A program made the translations under genes and the position numbers. Below, in pieces: positions 20,918-32,221 of a stretch of 64,000 bases of DNA (its first letter is position 1; every line of letters begins with the position of its first letter). Origin of the DNA: Prochlorococcus sp. AG-469-F22 (GTDB taxonomy: Bacteria; Cyanobacteriota; Cyanobacteriia; PCC-6307; Cyanobiaceae); contig QCSC01000001.1 of the NCBI GenBank assembly GCA_003211655.1, forward strand, positions 3,967 to 67,966, given 5' to 3'. The notes under the pieces were generated by a model. The model was not told the DNA's origin. It made no database searches and saw only the letters and a list, made by a program, of their open reading frames with translations.

Positions 20918-21183
20918 AGATTTAGTTTTACTTTATTTTCGAATGATCAGTAGATGATACTTCAGAAAATGTTTTTAGTAAATATCCAAATCAAATTGAA
21001 CGTTTTGACTATATTTGAGCTTATTTATATACAAATTTATTTATTAATCTAATTTAATTTTTTAGAGTCTATTTTTTTACCATAAAATCTTTCGTTTAGA
21101 ATATATTCAAAACTACAATCTTAAAAAAAGTTTTAACTAAAAAAATATTAACTTTTCCTCGATTTTTACTTAGCTTTATAATT

Positions 21184-21927
21184 TTACTTGCCTTTTGAAT
21201 TATTTAAAAACCAGTTAATTTGGTGAACGATTCCTCTCAAGACATTAATATCATGACTTGATGTCTTCGCTTTTAATAAAAATTTTTTAAATTTACTGAT
21301 TTTTGAATTAGCTGTATGTTCCAAAAGATACCCAGTTTTAATAAGCATTTCTTCTATTTCTTTAAAAGATTCATAAATTTGTTTTGATGATGCAAGGTCA
21401 AAAACTTGTAAATCTTTCTCTAAATTATTTGTTGAAGATTTATTTAATTCATACAAGATTATTGAAACTGCATGAGATAGGTTTAAAGAAGGATAGTTTT
21501 GAGAAGTTTTAATATTAAGAATCTTATGTGCAAAAAGTAATTCACTATTACTTAATCCTCTATCCTCTCTTCCAAATAAAATACCTAAATTATTAATCTC
21601 AACAAAAGATGAAATCCATTTAGATATGTCCTCAGGAGATTCACATTCAATATTATTACTTAAATCAATCCTTCCACAGGTAGCAATGACCAAATCGCAA
21701 TCAAAAATTGCATTCTCAATACTATTAAAAATTTTACAATTATCAATATATTTATGTCCTTTAAGAGCCATTTTTTTTGCTTCTAAGGAAAAAATATCAC
21801 ATTTTGGAGAAACAATCCTTAATTCATTAACATCAAAATTAGAACATAATCTTGCGATGCTTCCAACATTTAAAGATCCATTTGGTTCGACCAATACAAC
21901 AGTCAAGTTAAGTCTTTTTTTTTTCAA
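21184..21927 (-). CDS. trmJ: TrmJ/LasT family RNA methyltransferase
   Basis: VLVEP...NVG..AR, FGREDRGL, SLNLSHAV. Confidence 0.88.
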   Translation of the reverse strand: MKKKRLNLTVVLVEPNGSLNVGSIARLCSNFDVNELRIVSPKCDIFSLEAKKMALKGHKYIDNCKIFNSIENAIFDCDLVIATCGRIDLSNNIECESPEDISKWISSFVEINNLGILFGREDRGLSNSELLFAHKILNIKTSQNYPSLNLSHAVSIILYELNKSSTNNLEKDLQVFDLASSKQIYESFKEIEEMLIKTGYLLEHTANSKISKFKKFLLKAKTSSHDINVLRGIVHQINWFLNNSKGK

Positions 21928-21932
21928 ATTTA

Positions 21933-22337
21933 TTACAAGCTATGTAAATACTTTAATAAATTAGACATGTTTTGAGGATCAATTTCAAAACTTGGCATAG
22001 GAGGTGTAACTCCCTCAATAACTTGTTTTATGATTTCTGCATCATTTAAACGCAGGGTTATTGAATGTAAATCTGGTCCAACTAATCCTCTCGCAGTAAT
22101 ACCATGGCATCCAACACAATTCATTTTAAAGAGAGTATCTCCTTCTTTAACAGAACCGTTGAGTTCTAGAGTCTTAAGAATATATGTATTATTTTCTTCA
22201 CGATTAAAATAAAAGAAAGAGCCACAAATTAACAAAATCACACAAACAAAAAATAACCGTTTCCAGATTTTCGTTTTCAAATTTTTTTCTGCTGCAGATG
22301 ATGAAGATGTTGTCACAAAAAAATGTCTCTGTGTCAC
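21933..22337 (-). CDS. cytM: Cytochrome cM
   Basis: CVGCH heme motif, TPPMP; adjacent to petG. Confidence 0.88.
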   Translation of the reverse strand: MTQRHFFVTTSSSSAAEKNLKTKIWKRLFFVCVILLICGSFFYFNREENNTYILKTLELNGSVKEGDTLFKMNCVGCHGITARGLVGPDLHSITLRLNDAEIIKQVIEGVTPPMPSFEIDPQNMSNLLKYLHSL

Positions 22338-22371
22338 AATTGTGAATGAGAAATGAAAAAAATGCCAGAAA

Positions 22372-22491
22372 ATGATTGAACCTCTTTTATGTGGAATAGT
22401 TTTAGGATTAGTTCCAATAACCCTTCTAGGATTATTTGTTAGCGCGTGGAATCAATATAGGAGAGGCTCAGGAATGTTAGATATTGATTAA
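22372..22491 (+). CDS. petG: Cytochrome b6f subunit V (not in ORF track)
   Basis: [39 protein letters not shown]. Confidence 0.95.
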   Translation: MIEPLLCGIVLGLVPITLLGLFVSAWNQYRRGSGMLDID

Positions 22492-23064
22492 AAAAGTCAA
22501 TTTTGATTGGCCATAAGACCTAACATCATAAATCTTCCAGAGAATATTCGTCTTAATATCCATATCTAATGAATGTTCGCAGATAACAATAGTACCTTTC
22601 TTTATAAAATTACAATTAAATATTTGATTTAAAACTAATTCATGGTAGTTAGCTCTATATGGGGGATCTAAATAGATAAAGTCAAATTTTATTTTATTAA
22701 AATCATTTGAAGAGGAGATATTCCTCTCAGTATTTTGCTTCGTCCAAATTAATACATCTTTGCAAATAACTTCAATATCATTTTTTCGATTATCTATATT
22801 TTGCAATGAGTGAAGATTTTTTAAACATATTTTTGAATTGTTTTTATTTTTTTCAATTGCAACTATTTTTTTTGCTCCATGATTATAGGCTTCACAGGAC
22901 ACAGCACCTGTTCCACTAAATAAATCTAACCAATTAGAATTTTCTACAGTATTTTTCAAAATATTAAAAATTGCTTCTCTAACCATTAAGGTTGTTGGTC
23001 TAGTATCAATATTTCTCGGACTTTCAAGCCTTCGTCCTCCAATTAACCTCAAATTTGTTTTCAT
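22477..23064 (-). CDS. rsmD: 16S rRNA m2G966 methyltransferase
   Basis: [23 protein letters not shown]. Confidence 0.92.
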   Translation of the reverse strand: MKTNLRLIGGRRLESPRNIDTRPTTLMVREAIFNILKNTVENSNWLDLFSGTGAVSCEAYNHGAKKIVAIEKNKNNSKICLKNLHSLQNIDNRKNDIEVICKDVLIWTKQNTERNISSSNDFNKIKFDFIYLDPPYRANYHELVLNQIFNCNFIKKGTIVICEHSLDMDIKTNILWKIYDVRSYGQSKLTFLINI

Positions 23065-23078
23065 ATATTACAAACGAA

Positions 23079-23696
23079 TTATTGAATACTTTTAACCCAT
23101 CGACGTAAAAGTTTTCCACCGGTTTTCCCTGATTTTTCAGGATGAAACTGGCAAGCCAGTAAATTATCTCGTTCTATCATTGCTGTTAATTTTTCAGAAC
23201 CATAACTAACATTTGCAGTTATTAAATTAGTACTTGAGGGCACTGCATGATAAGAATGAACAAAATATACCCAATTATTTAATTCATCCTCTCTTAATAA
23301 GCTATTAGTACTTGTTGGTATAAGTTCGCACCATCCAACATGAGGGGTTCTTTGATCGGGTAATTCGGGGATTTTTTTAATATGGCCTTTTACTATTCCA
23401 AGTCCATTAGTTGAGCCTTCATCACTTGATTCAAAAAGTAGTTGCAATCCAAGACAAATACCTAAAAATGATTTCCCACTTTTAATCCAAATTTTAATAT
23501 CACTTATTAAATCTGTATTTATGAGATTGTTAATTGCAGGGTCAAACGAACCAACTCCAGGTAGTATTAAAGCTTTACAATCTTTTATTTGATCTTTATT
23601 TTTAATTAAAATTATCTCTTGTTCAAGACTATCTAAGGCGTTTGTTACAGAATGAATATTACCCATCCCATAATCTATGAGTCCTATTTTAGACAA
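23079..23696 (-). CDS. hisH: Imidazole glycerol phosphate synthase glutaminase subunit
   Basis: DYGMGN, PGVG, GICLG, FVHSY, QFHPEKS. Confidence 0.96.
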   Translation of the reverse strand: MSKIGLIDYGMGNIHSVTNALDSLEQEIILIKNKDQIKDCKALILPGVGSFDPAINNLINTDLISDIKIWIKSGKSFLGICLGLQLLFESSDEGSTNGLGIVKGHIKKIPELPDQRTPHVGWCELIPTSTNSLLREDELNNWVYFVHSYHAVPSSTNLITANVSYGSEKLTAMIERDNLLACQFHPEKSGKTGGKLLRRWVKSIQ

Positions 23697-23705
23697 TACC
23701 TTATT

Positions 23706-24029
23706 TTATAAGTGTTTAGATAAACTACTTGAAAGAGTCGCTTTTGGTACTGCTCCAACAACAGTGTCAACTTTTTGACCACCTTTGAAAATCATTAAGG
23801 TCGGGATACTTCTAATTCCATATTGGCTAGCAACATTTGGATTCTCATCTGTATTTAATTTAAATACTTTAATTTTACCTTCAAAGTCTTTCGAAATCTC
23901 CTCAACAACTGGTGCGACCATCCTGCAAGGTCCGCACCATGGAGCCCAAAAATCAACTAAGACTGGCAGATCACTTTGCAAAACTTCTTTATCGAATGAA
24001 GAATCAGTTACGGCGGCGGCTGATGACAT
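23706..24029 (-). CDS. trxA: Thioredoxin
   Basis: WCGPC. Confidence 0.97.
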   Translation of the reverse strand: MSSAAAVTDSSFDKEVLQSDLPVLVDFWAPWCGPCRMVAPVVEEISKDFEGKIKVFKLNTDENPNVASQYGIRSIPTLMIFKGGQKVDTVVGAVPKATLSSSLSKHL

Positions 24030-24124
24030 AATTTAGATATTCCTTTAAGAAAATTTAGCAAGCTATTCTTTTAAGTGATGATTTCATTACAGATAAAAAC
24101 ATATAAGTAACAAAACATACTTAA

Positions 24125-24179
24125 GAAAGCCCGATAAATCGGGCGATTTGGTGTGTGAGGAGTATGGGGCTTCCCCCAT
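24125..24179 (-). ncRNA. yfr1: Yfr1 small RNA
   Basis: Minus strand has hairpin GGGG-gaag-CCCC, the conserved ACTCCTCACAC (24153-24163) and terminator GCCCGAT-tt-ATCGGGC; canonical guaB-trxA position. Confidence 0.92.
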
Positions 24180-24232
24180 GTCTTAATGATAACTCCTAAA
24201 GAGAAATTTTTTCCATATAAAGAGATTTGATT

Positions 24233-25396
24233 TTATTTACCCATTCCAAGTCGTTGGGCTTTTTGATAAACCTTACCCTCTGTCAAGAGAGATGGTGCAA
24301 TAACAATTTCTACTTTTTGCATTTCTTTAATATTTTTAGCTCCAAGAGTACTCATGGATGTCCGTATAGCTCCAATTAAATTATGTGTCCCGTCATCAAG
24401 TAATGCCGGTCCTTTTATGATTCTTTCTAAAGAACCGGTAGAGCCTACCTCAATTCTTGTACCTCTTGGTAAAATTGGACTGGGAGTAGCCATTCCCCAA
24501 TGAAATCCATTACCTGGGGCACTTGATGATTTGGCTATGGGGGAACCAATCATTACAGCATCAGCGCCACAAGCAAGACATTTACAAATATCTCCACCAG
24601 TAATAATTCCTCCATCAGCAATTATGGGAACATAACGACCAGTTTCTTCAAAATAATCATCTCTTGCTGAACTACAGTCAGATATTGCTGTTGCCTGAGG
24701 GATGCCGATGCCTAAAACCCCTCTTGAAGTACATGCAGCCCCAGGACCAATTCCCACCATAAGACCTGCTACGCCTGCTTTCATAAGTAGATCTGCGACT
24801 TCATAAGTTACACAGTTTCCAGCAACAACGGGAATTTTTAAAGATTTACAGAGACTTTTAATATTTAACGTCTCTTTTCCTTCCATACCTAAATGTTCGG
24901 TTGAAACTACTGTTCCCTGTAGAAAAAATAAATCTATTTTTGATTTAACAAGTGTTTCTTTAAATTTAATAGCAGCTTGAGGAGTTCCACTTAAAGCGGC
25001 TATACCTCCTTTTTCTTTAATTTCATTAATTCTTTGAATTATTAGGTCTTCTTTAATAGGTTCACTGTATATTTTTTGCATTAGAGGAACGAATTCACTT
25101 TTCCCAACAGATGAGATTTGACTCAATATTTCTTTTGGATTTTCATATCTAGTTTGAATACCCTCCATATTAAGAACACCAAGAGCTCCTAACTCTGAAA
25201 GCTCTACAGCTGTATCTACATCAACCACACTATCCATTGCACTTGCAATAATTGGAATTTCTCTTTTAATATTTTCAATTGACCAAGAAGGATTAGTTAA
25301 ATCATAATCAAGAGTTCGAGTCCCAGGAACTAACGCTATTTCATCAATACCGTAAGCTCTTCTAACTTTTTTGTTTAAACCAATTTCAATATTCAC
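24233..25396 (-). CDS. guaB: IMP dehydrogenase (GuaB3 type)
   Basis: ASAMD, VGIGPGAACTSR, IIADGG. Confidence 0.93.
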   Translation of the reverse strand: MNIEIGLNKKVRRAYGIDEIALVPGTRTLDYDLTNPSWSIENIKREIPIIASAMDSVVDVDTAVELSELGALGVLNMEGIQTRYENPKEILSQISSVGKSEFVPLMQKIYSEPIKEDLIIQRINEIKEKGGIAALSGTPQAAIKFKETLVKSKIDLFFLQGTVVSTEHLGMEGKETLNIKSLCKSLKIPVVAGNCVTYEVADLLMKAGVAGLMVGIGPGAACTSRGVLGIGIPQATAISDCSSARDDYFEETGRYVPIIADGGIITGGDICKCLACGADAVMIGSPIAKSSSAPGNGFHWGMATPSPILPRGTRIEVGSTGSLERIIKGPALLDDGTHNLIGAIRTSMSTLGAKNIKEMQKVEIVIAPSLLTEGKVYQKAQRLGMGK

Positions 25397-25576
25397 GATT
25401 TTTTTATTTTATTCTGATTAAATTAACAACTAAAGCTGTAATTAGCCAATAATTATTTAAAAACAAAAGAGTTTTTTTATTATTTGTGTATAAATGTGAG
25501 TATTTGAAAATTAATTATAAGCTTTTTTTTATTCATTCTGACAATCAGGGATTATTATTAAATAAAGGTCTTTTAT

Positions 25577-28183
25577 ATGTCTGATATTGTTGATTCTGAG
25601 AATTCTGGTTTGAATGAAAATAACGATCGAATCATTCAGACTGATTTAAGAAATGAGATGTCACGCTCTTATCTAGAGTATGCGATGAGTGTTATCGTCG
25701 GACGTGCTCTCCCTGATGCGAGAGATGGATTAAAGCCAGTTCATAGAAGGATCTTGTATGCGATGTATGAGCTTGGTTTAACAAGCAGTAGGCCATATAG
25801 AAAATGCGCAAGGGTAGTTGGAGAGGTTTTAGGAAAGTACCATCCTCATGGAGATACTGCTGTTTACGATGCATTAGTGCGTATGGCACAGGATTTTTCT
25901 ATGAGAATGCCATTAATTGATGGGCATGGGAACTTCGGGTCTGTAGATAATGATCCCCCTGCCGCGATGAGATATACAGAATCACGTCTTCAATCCCTAA
26001 CAGATGAAAGTTTGCTCGAGGATATTGAATCTGAGACTGTTGATTTTTCCGATAATTTTGATGGCTCACAACAAGAACCAAATGTTTTACCAGCTAGGAT
26101 CCCCCAACTCCTATTAAATGGATCATCAGGTATTGCTGTTGGAATGGCAACTAATATACCTCCCCATAATTTAGGAGAATTAATCGATGGTCTTAAAGCT
26201 ATAATTAAAAATCCCTCAACAGAAGATAAAGAACTTTTTGAATTAATTAAAGGACCAGATTTTCCAACTGGAGGCCAGATATTAGGAAGAGATGGTATCA
26301 GAGAGACCTTCAAATCTGGGAAGGGGTCAATAACGATGAGAGGTGTTGCAGATATTGAACAAATCAAATCTCCTGGTAGAGCAGAAAAAGATGCCGTAAT
26401 AATCACTGAGCTTCCATTTCAAACTAATAAAGCAGCTCTTATAGAAAGAATCGCAGATTTAGTAAATGAGAAAAGATTAGATGGGATATCAGATATTAGA
26501 GATGAAAGTGATAGAGATGGGATGAGAATTGTAATTGAGCTTAAAAGAGATGCCTATCCTCAAGTTGTTCTAAATAATTTATTTAAAATAACACCTCTAC
26601 AAAATAATTTTAGTGCAAATATTTTAGCTCTTGTCAACGGAGAACCTACAACCCTTTCTCTCAGAAAAATGCTAGATGTATTTTTAGAATTTAGAATTAA
26701 AACAATAAAAAGAAGAACAAGTTTCTTATTGAAAAAAGCAGAGGAGAGAGATCACATTATCAAGGGTCTTCTTTTAGCCCTTGACGCTATGGATAATATT
26801 ATTAATTTAATAAGATCTGCAAAAGATACGAATTCAGCAAGAGAGCAACTGCAAAAAGATCATGAATTATCAGTAATTCAAGCAGATGCAATTTTACAAA
26901 TGCAATTAAGAAGATTAACAGCTTTAGAGGCCGATAAAATTAAAGCAGAGCATGATGAGCTTACAAGGAAAATTACAGATTACAAAAATATATTGAATGA
27001 TAAGGAGAGAATAAATGAAATTATTCTTGAAGAGCTTAGTAAAATAGATGAAAGATTTTCATCTCCGAGAAAAACAGAGATTCTCAATTTAGGCGGGGGA
27101 CTTGATGATATTGACTTAATAGCTAACGAAAGATCCGTTGTTTTAATAACGACTGCAGGATACTTAAAAAGAATGCCTGTAAGTGAATTCGAATCTACAA
27201 GCAGGGGTTCTAGAGGTAAAGCTGGAACAAAGAATCAACAAGATGATGAAGTTAAATTATTCATAAGCTGCAATGATCATGATAATCTTTTACTTTTCAG
27301 TGATAGAGGGGTAGCTTATGCACTCCCAGCTTATCGAGTACCTATGAGTAGTAGAACAGCTAAAGGGACTCCCTCTGTTCAACTACTCCCAATACCAAGA
27401 GAAGAACAAATTACCTCTCTTGTTTCAGTAGATTCCTTCGATAACGAGTGTTATTTATTAATGCTCACTAAAGCTGGATTTATAAAAAGGACTCCATTAT
27501 CTGCTTTTTCAAAAGTTAGATCAAATGGTCTAATAGCTATTAACTTAGAAAAAGGGGATGCTTTAACCTGGGTTAGATTATCAACAGAAGGAGATAGTGT
27601 CTTAATTGGGTCAAGCAGAGGAATGACTATTCATTTTAGGTTAGATATTCATGAATTAAGACCTCTTGGAAGAACTGCTAGAGGTGTTAAATCAATGAAC
27701 TTAAAAGAAGGAGATCAACTTGTATCAATGGATGTTTTAAGTTTTAACATGGTTGATCAATTAGCAAATCTTGAAGAGGAAGATATTGAGAATGAGAATG
27801 AGGAAGATCTTGAAAGTAAGTCTTTAAAAGGACCTTGGGTTCTAGTAGCAAGTGCTTTTGGTCTTGGAAAAAGAGTTCCAGTTACAAAATTTAGATTACA
27901 AAAACGTGCGGGTATGGGACTAAGAGCAATTAAATTCAGAATCAAAGATGATTCACTCGTCGGCCTTAAGGTTCTTGGGAAAGGTGAAGAATTACTTTTG
28001 GTTACAGAAAAAGGAGTAATTGTAAGAACTAATGCTGATAGAATCTCTCAACAATCAAGAGCTGCTACAGGTGTAAAGTTACAACGACTAGATGATGGAG
28101 ATCATTTATCCGAGGTTGTGTTGGTTCCTCATGAACAAATTGAAGAAGAAGATCAATTAATTTCGAATGAAGAAGAAACTTAA
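25577..28183 (+). CDS. gyrA: DNA gyrase subunit A
   Basis: [30 protein letters not shown]-terminal pinwheel. Confidence 0.97.
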   Translation: MSDIVDSENSGLNENNDRIIQTDLRNEMSRSYLEYAMSVIVGRALPDARDGLKPVHRRILYAMYELGLTSSRPYRKCARVVGEVLGKYHPHGDTAVYDALVRMAQDFSMRMPLIDGHGNFGSVDNDPPAAMRYTESRLQSLTDESLLEDIESETVDFSDNFDGSQQEPNVLPARIPQLLLNGSSGIAVGMATNIPPHNLGELIDGLKAIIKNPSTEDKELFELIKGPDFPTGGQILGRDGIRETFKSGKGSITMRGVADIEQIKSPGRAEKDAVIITELPFQTNKAALIERIADLVNEKRLDGISDIRDESDRDGMRIVIELKRDAYPQVVLNNLFKITPLQNNFSANILALVNGEPTTLSLRKMLDVFLEFRIKTIKRRTSFLLKKAEERDHIIKGLLLALDAMDNIINLIRSAKDTNSAREQLQKDHELSVIQADAILQMQLRRLTALEADKIKAEHDELTRKITDYKNILNDKERINEIILEELSKIDERFSSPRKTEILNLGGGLDDIDLIANERSVVLITTAGYLKRMPVSEFESTSRGSRGKAGTKNQQDDEVKLFISCNDHDNLLLFSDRGVAYALPAYRVPMSSRTAKGTPSVQLLPIPREEQITSLVSVDSFDNECYLLMLTKAGFIKRTPLSAFSKVRSNGLIAINLEKGDALTWVRLSTEGDSVLIGSSRGMTIHFRLDIHELRPLGRTARGVKSMNLKEGDQLVSMDVLSFNMVDQLANLEEEDIENENEEDLESKSLKGPWVLVASAFGLGKRVPVTKFRLQKRAGMGLRAIKFRIKDDSLVGLKVLGKGEELLLVTEKGVIVRTNADRISQQSRAATGVKLQRLDDGDHLSEVVLVPHEQIEEEDQLISNEEET

Positions 28184-28208
28184 CAACCTTTAGATTTAGA
28201 AACTTCTT

Positions 28209-29420
28209 ATGGAAATTCTTGATATTTTGATATTAGGTTCTGGGCCTGCAGCATTATGTTTAGCTTCAGAATTAGCCAAACAAAATCTTAATATCAAGGG
28301 GATATCAACAAAATCTCCTTATGAAAAATGGGAAAACACCTATGGGATTTGGGCTTCTGAGTTAGAAGAATTTGGTTTAGCGTCTTTGTTATCTCATAGA
28401 TGGTCAAAAACTGTAAGCTATTTTGGAGATGGAATAAAGGATAAAGGGAATAGTCCCACAAAACATTATTATGATTATGGTTTAATTAATCAGGAAGATT
28501 TTCAAAATGAACTTTTGAAGACCTGTAAAGGTATTCAATGGTTAAATGAAACTGCAAAAGTAATTAAAACAGAAAACAAGATTTCTGAAGTAATTTGTTC
28601 ATCAGGGTTAAAGCTAAAGGCAAGATTAGTAATTGATGCAAGCGGACATAAGAGTAAATTTATAAAAAGACCATTTTTAAAAGAAGTCGCACAGCAAGCT
28701 GCTTATGGAATCGTCGGTAAATTTTCTACTCCTCCTGTAAAAAAAGATCAATTTGTTTTAATGGATTTTCGTTCTGACCATTTAGAGGATGAAGAGTTGT
28801 TAAAATCCCCCTCTTTTCTTTACGCAATGGATTTAGGGAGTGAAACTTATTTTGTTGAAGAGACATCACTAGCTAGTTATCCTTCTTTTTCACAAGACCA
28901 TCTAAAAAAAAGACTTTTAAGTAGATTAAATAACAAAGGTATAAAAGTAGTAGAAATTTTTCATGAGGAGAATTGCTTATTCCCTATGAATTTACCACTA
29001 CCATATAAGAACCAATCGGTTCTTGGTTTTGGAGGGGCCGCAAGTATGGTTCATCCCGCATCTGGATATATGATTGGATCTCTATTAAGAAGAGCTCCAC
29101 TTCTCGCTGAAAAATTAGCAATCTTTTTAAAAGAACCAAACTATAGTTCACTAGAATTAGCTACTAAAGGATGGTCAGTCTTATGGCCATATGAATTAAT
29201 TCAAAGACATAGGCTATATCAATACGGACTCAGGAGATTAATGAGCTTTGATGAAAGTAGATTAAGATGTTTCTTTTCTAATTTTTTCAAATTGTCAACG
29301 GAAGAATGGGTAGGTTTTCTGACCAATACTCTTCCATTACCTAAATTGATTTATGTAATGAGTAAAATGTTTATGAGTTCACCTTTAAAAGTTAAGCTTG
29401 GGATGTTAAAAATAAAATAA
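28209..29420 (+). CDS. crtL: Lycopene beta-cyclase (CrtL type)
   Basis: GSGPAA, NTYGIW, LMDFR, FVEETSL, VHPASGY. Confidence 0.92.
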   Translation: MEILDILILGSGPAALCLASELAKQNLNIKGISTKSPYEKWENTYGIWASELEEFGLASLLSHRWSKTVSYFGDGIKDKGNSPTKHYYDYGLINQEDFQNELLKTCKGIQWLNETAKVIKTENKISEVICSSGLKLKARLVIDASGHKSKFIKRPFLKEVAQQAAYGIVGKFSTPPVKKDQFVLMDFRSDHLEDEELLKSPSFLYAMDLGSETYFVEETSLASYPSFSQDHLKKRLLSRLNNKGIKVVEIFHEENCLFPMNLPLPYKNQSVLGFGGAASMVHPASGYMIGSLLRRAPLLAEKLAIFLKEPNYSSLELATKGWSVLWPYELIQRHRLYQYGLRRLMSFDESRLRCFFSNFFKLSTEEWVGFLTNTLPLPKLIYVMSKMFMSSPLKVKLGMLKIK

Positions 29421-29433
29421 TTAATTAGGCCTA

Positions 29434-29450
29434 TTTATAACTAACAAGCT
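29434..29450 (+). repeat. Left attachment-site candidate
   Basis: TTTATAActaaCAAgCT, 13/17 identical to 45231-45247. Confidence 0.55.
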
Positions 29451-29527
29451 ATTTCCTGAGAATCCAGTATTTGCAATAGGTTTGTAAAGAAGTAATGATA
29501 TTTATATTGTGTTTTTTAATTTAATTT

Positions 29528-29719
29528 ATGTTGCTAAATATCACAAAGAAACAAACAAAATCCGAAGTAGATCCAACCCTACAAGCAAGGGTTAATAAGG
29601 ATTTATTTAATCAGTTTACAAAACTAGCTGAACATTACAAATGTTCTAATGCTGAATTACTAAGAGCCTTAATCAAAGACTGCTTAAAAAGGTTTCAGGA
29701 GCCTAGAAATGAGCAATGA
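29528..29719 (+). CDS. Ribbon-helix-helix/CopG-like DNA-binding protein
   Basis: LQARVNKDL...S.AELLRALI pattern; directly before the primase. Confidence 0.65.
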   Translation: MLLNITKKQTKSEVDPTLQARVNKDLFNQFTKLAEHYKCSNAELLRALIKDCLKRFQEPRNEQ

Positions 29720-32057
29720 AAGAATTTTAAATTGCTCAATTAGGATTCCTCATCTTGAATTAATAGAGTCTGGATTACCAAGTGAAGTCCATCAACGACT
29801 TAATTATCTCCATGTCACTAAAGAAGAAGCTTATAAATTGGTTGGTTATAAGCTTTCAGGATGGGTTGTACTTTTTTGTAATCTAAAAGGGAATCCATAT
29901 CTACATCAAGGCAAACCTTTTTACCGGCTCAAGCCAGAACCTGAACAATTAGAAGGAGATCATCCACCCAAGTATCTATCTCCAAAAGATGCTGGTTTCA
30001 GACCATATTTTTCACGTTTAGCTAAAGAAGAAAAGTACAAGACATGTAAGAAGTTATTTATAACAGAAGGTGAGAAAAAAGCTGATGCCCTAACCCATTA
30101 TGGTTTTCCTTGTATAGCTCTAAGTGGTGTCAGTAGCTGGAAAGATAAAAGGAGTGGAGAATCCAAACCACTTCCAGAATTAGAAGAATTCAATTGGAAA
30201 AACAGGCTAGTATATCTTGTCTTTGATTCAGATATTATTTCAAAAGTAGAAGTACTTCTTGCTTTAAAGAGCTTAAGTGAATTTCTAAAAGGTAAAGAAG
30301 CAAAGGTATTTATTATCCTTTTACCAAATGAGCTAAATGGCGGAAAAAATGGTGCTGATGATTTTTTAAAGCGACATGGTAAACAAGCATTCTCTGAACT
30401 CGTAAGAATTGCAAGGCCAGCTTTTCATTACTACAAAAGAAAGAAAGAGGAGGTATTTACTTGGAAGCCTGAACCTTCAGAGACACACCATATTGCATTA
30501 ATGACAAGTATTATCTTTCAAGATTTCTATGCTGAAAGATCTGGAATAGGTTTATTTCGATGGAAAGAAAAATACTGGGAAAAAGTAAAAGGTAAATCTA
30601 AAGAGGAAATCTTAAAGCCTTTGCATCGATGGTTAGATGTGATGGATTTCCATAAAAGAAGTTGTAGTCACATCTCATCAATTAAAGAAGAATTACTTGC
30701 ACGTTTAAATCAAGAGACATGGGATCCAACTCATTTAATAGCTTTCTCAAATGGCACTTTGGATATACGAACAAACAAGCTTTCGCATGGGCATAACTCA
30801 AAGGATCTCATCTCCTTCTTATTTCCTTTCCCTTTTGATCAATCAGCTCAGTGTCCAACATGGATAAATTTCTTACAAGAAACATTTCCTGAACAAGAAG
30901 TCCAAAACCTTTTAAGAGCTTCTTTTAAATGGACTATTACACCAAAGGATTCTGAACAGCCATTCCCGTATGAGGTCGCATTTGATGTTCACGGTCCTAG
31001 GGGATGCGGAAAAGGAACCATCTCTGAAGTACTTACAGCTTTATGTGGTGGAAGCCACGGTGCAGGAATTGTACGTAGTGAAAGCTTTAACAATTCCAAT
31101 TCTCTAGCAGCGTTAATAGGTAAGAAAATTGCCATTGATCCTGATTCATCTGGTCATATTAAAGATCCAGGGATTTTTAATTCTATTGTTAGCAATGAAC
31201 CAGTTGGAGTCCATTTTTTTTATCAAAATCGATTTGCAGTTCGTTTAGGTGTTGTTATTTGGCGATTCTATAATGATACTCCTGTTGCTCATGGTGGAGG
31301 TTTAGAAGGTATGGGTAGGAGATTGATTACCTTTAGAATTTCAAATAGTCCAAAAATACGTGATCCTTCTTTAAAAAAGAAATTACTACATGAGATAGCT
31401 GGGATATTTCAATGGTGCTGGACGATGGGCGAAGAAGAGATGGAAGAGACGTTTAAGAATAGAGGAAGAATTCCATCAATTCAAGAAGCAACAATTGAAA
31501 ACTTATTGGAATCACGACCAGTTTTGAGATTCTTGGTCGAGAAATATCAAGATGGGATTGAATTTATTTTAGGTAGAAATTTGTACCACGAATATCGAGA
31601 CTGGGCAAAAGATACAGGCCTCCAACCTGTTAAAGAAACCAAGTTCGGACTGGAGGTCAAGAAGGTGGTGGGTTGGGTGGTGAGTAGCAAAACAAAATAT
31701 GGTGTCAACTATCAAATCAAGCCTATGATTGATTTTAATTTGACCGATCACTTTGGATTTGAATGCATAGATGAAGGGTTGAACTCACCACCAGAACTTA
31801 CCCTCCACCCAAACTCACCACCAGTAAATCCATCTAATAGATATGATTCTCAAACAAAGGTGAAGAGTTTGAAGGGTTTACCTCTTTCTTTTAATCAAGA
31901 AAAAAGCAAAAATAAAAACTGTATATATAAAGGGGTGGAGCAAACTCACCATACCCAACACACTCAACACCAAGAGACATTAAATCTAGCTACTTATAAT
32001 ACTGCTGAGTTTGAAGATGATAGTGAGCCACATTGGGGGCCTCGGCCTGTTCCATAA
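29709..32057 (+). CDS. Phage/plasmid primase-helicase (DUF3854 Toprim + D5_N + SF3 ATPase)
   Basis: ITEGEKKA, VFDSD, KNGADD; AFSNGTLD, CPTW; GPRGCGKGT Walker A; C-terminal LY..Y..W wHTH. Confidence 0.9.
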   Translation: MSNERILNCSIRIPHLELIESGLPSEVHQRLNYLHVTKEEAYKLVGYKLSGWVVLFCNLKGNPYLHQGKPFYRLKPEPEQLEGDHPPKYLSPKDAGFRPYFSRLAKEEKYKTCKKLFITEGEKKADALTHYGFPCIALSGVSSWKDKRSGESKPLPELEEFNWKNRLVYLVFDSDIISKVEVLLALKSLSEFLKGKEAKVFIILLPNELNGGKNGADDFLKRHGKQAFSELVRIARPAFHYYKRKKEEVFTWKPEPSETHHIALMTSIIFQDFYAERSGIGLFRWKEKYWEKVKGKSKEEILKPLHRWLDVMDFHKRSCSHISSIKEELLARLNQETWDPTHLIAFSNGTLDIRTNKLSHGHNSKDLISFLFPFPFDQSAQCPTWINFLQETFPEQEVQNLLRASFKWTITPKDSEQPFPYEVAFDVHGPRGCGKGTISEVLTALCGGSHGAGIVRSESFNNSNSLAALIGKKIAIDPDSSGHIKDPGIFNSIVSNEPVGVHFFYQNRFAVRLGVVIWRFYNDTPVAHGGGLEGMGRRLITFRISNSPKIRDPSLKKKLLHEIAGIFQWCWTMGEEEMEETFKNRGRIPSIQEATIENLLESRPVLRFLVEKYQDGIEFILGRNLYHEYRDWAKDTGLQPVKETKFGLEVKKVVGWVVSSKTKYGVNYQIKPMIDFNLTDHFGFECIDEGLNSPPELTLHPNSPPVNPSNRYDSQTKVKSLKGLPLSFNQEKSKNKNCIYKGVEQTHHTQHTQHQETLNLATYNTAEFEDDSEPHWGPRPVP
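31772..31951. repeat. Iteron-like repeats at the primase 3' end (putative ori)
   Basis: AACTCACCACCAG at 31782 and 31812, AACTCACCA at 31943; TGAAG(G/A)GTT at 31772, 31861, 31870. Confidence 0.55.
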
Positions 32058-32060
32058 TAA

Positions 32061-32170
32061 TTTGGGTCCTTTCCAGAGGAAGTAGGTGGGTGATTTCGAG
32101 CCCCAAATTTCCCCTAGGTAAAAGACTGCGTAATTGGACACACTTTTACAATTTCCTCATAGGGAAAATG
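32061..32170 (+). other. GC-rich structured intergenic site with lambda cosQ-like GGGTCCTTTCC
   Basis: GGGTCCTTTCC at 32064-32074; TTTGGG/CCCAAA inverted ends; repeated AATTTCC..TAGG. Confidence 0.4.
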
Positions 32171-32221
32171 GGCTAGAATCGTTGTATAGCAATTAATCTC
32201 ACCTAATGCAAATTTTGTAAG

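Noticed and set aside
29459-29485. AATCC-N12-AGGTTT imperfect inverted motif near the left end (loosely similar patches at ~31826 and ~32176)
   Set aside because: Too degenerate to establish as a repeat family by eye
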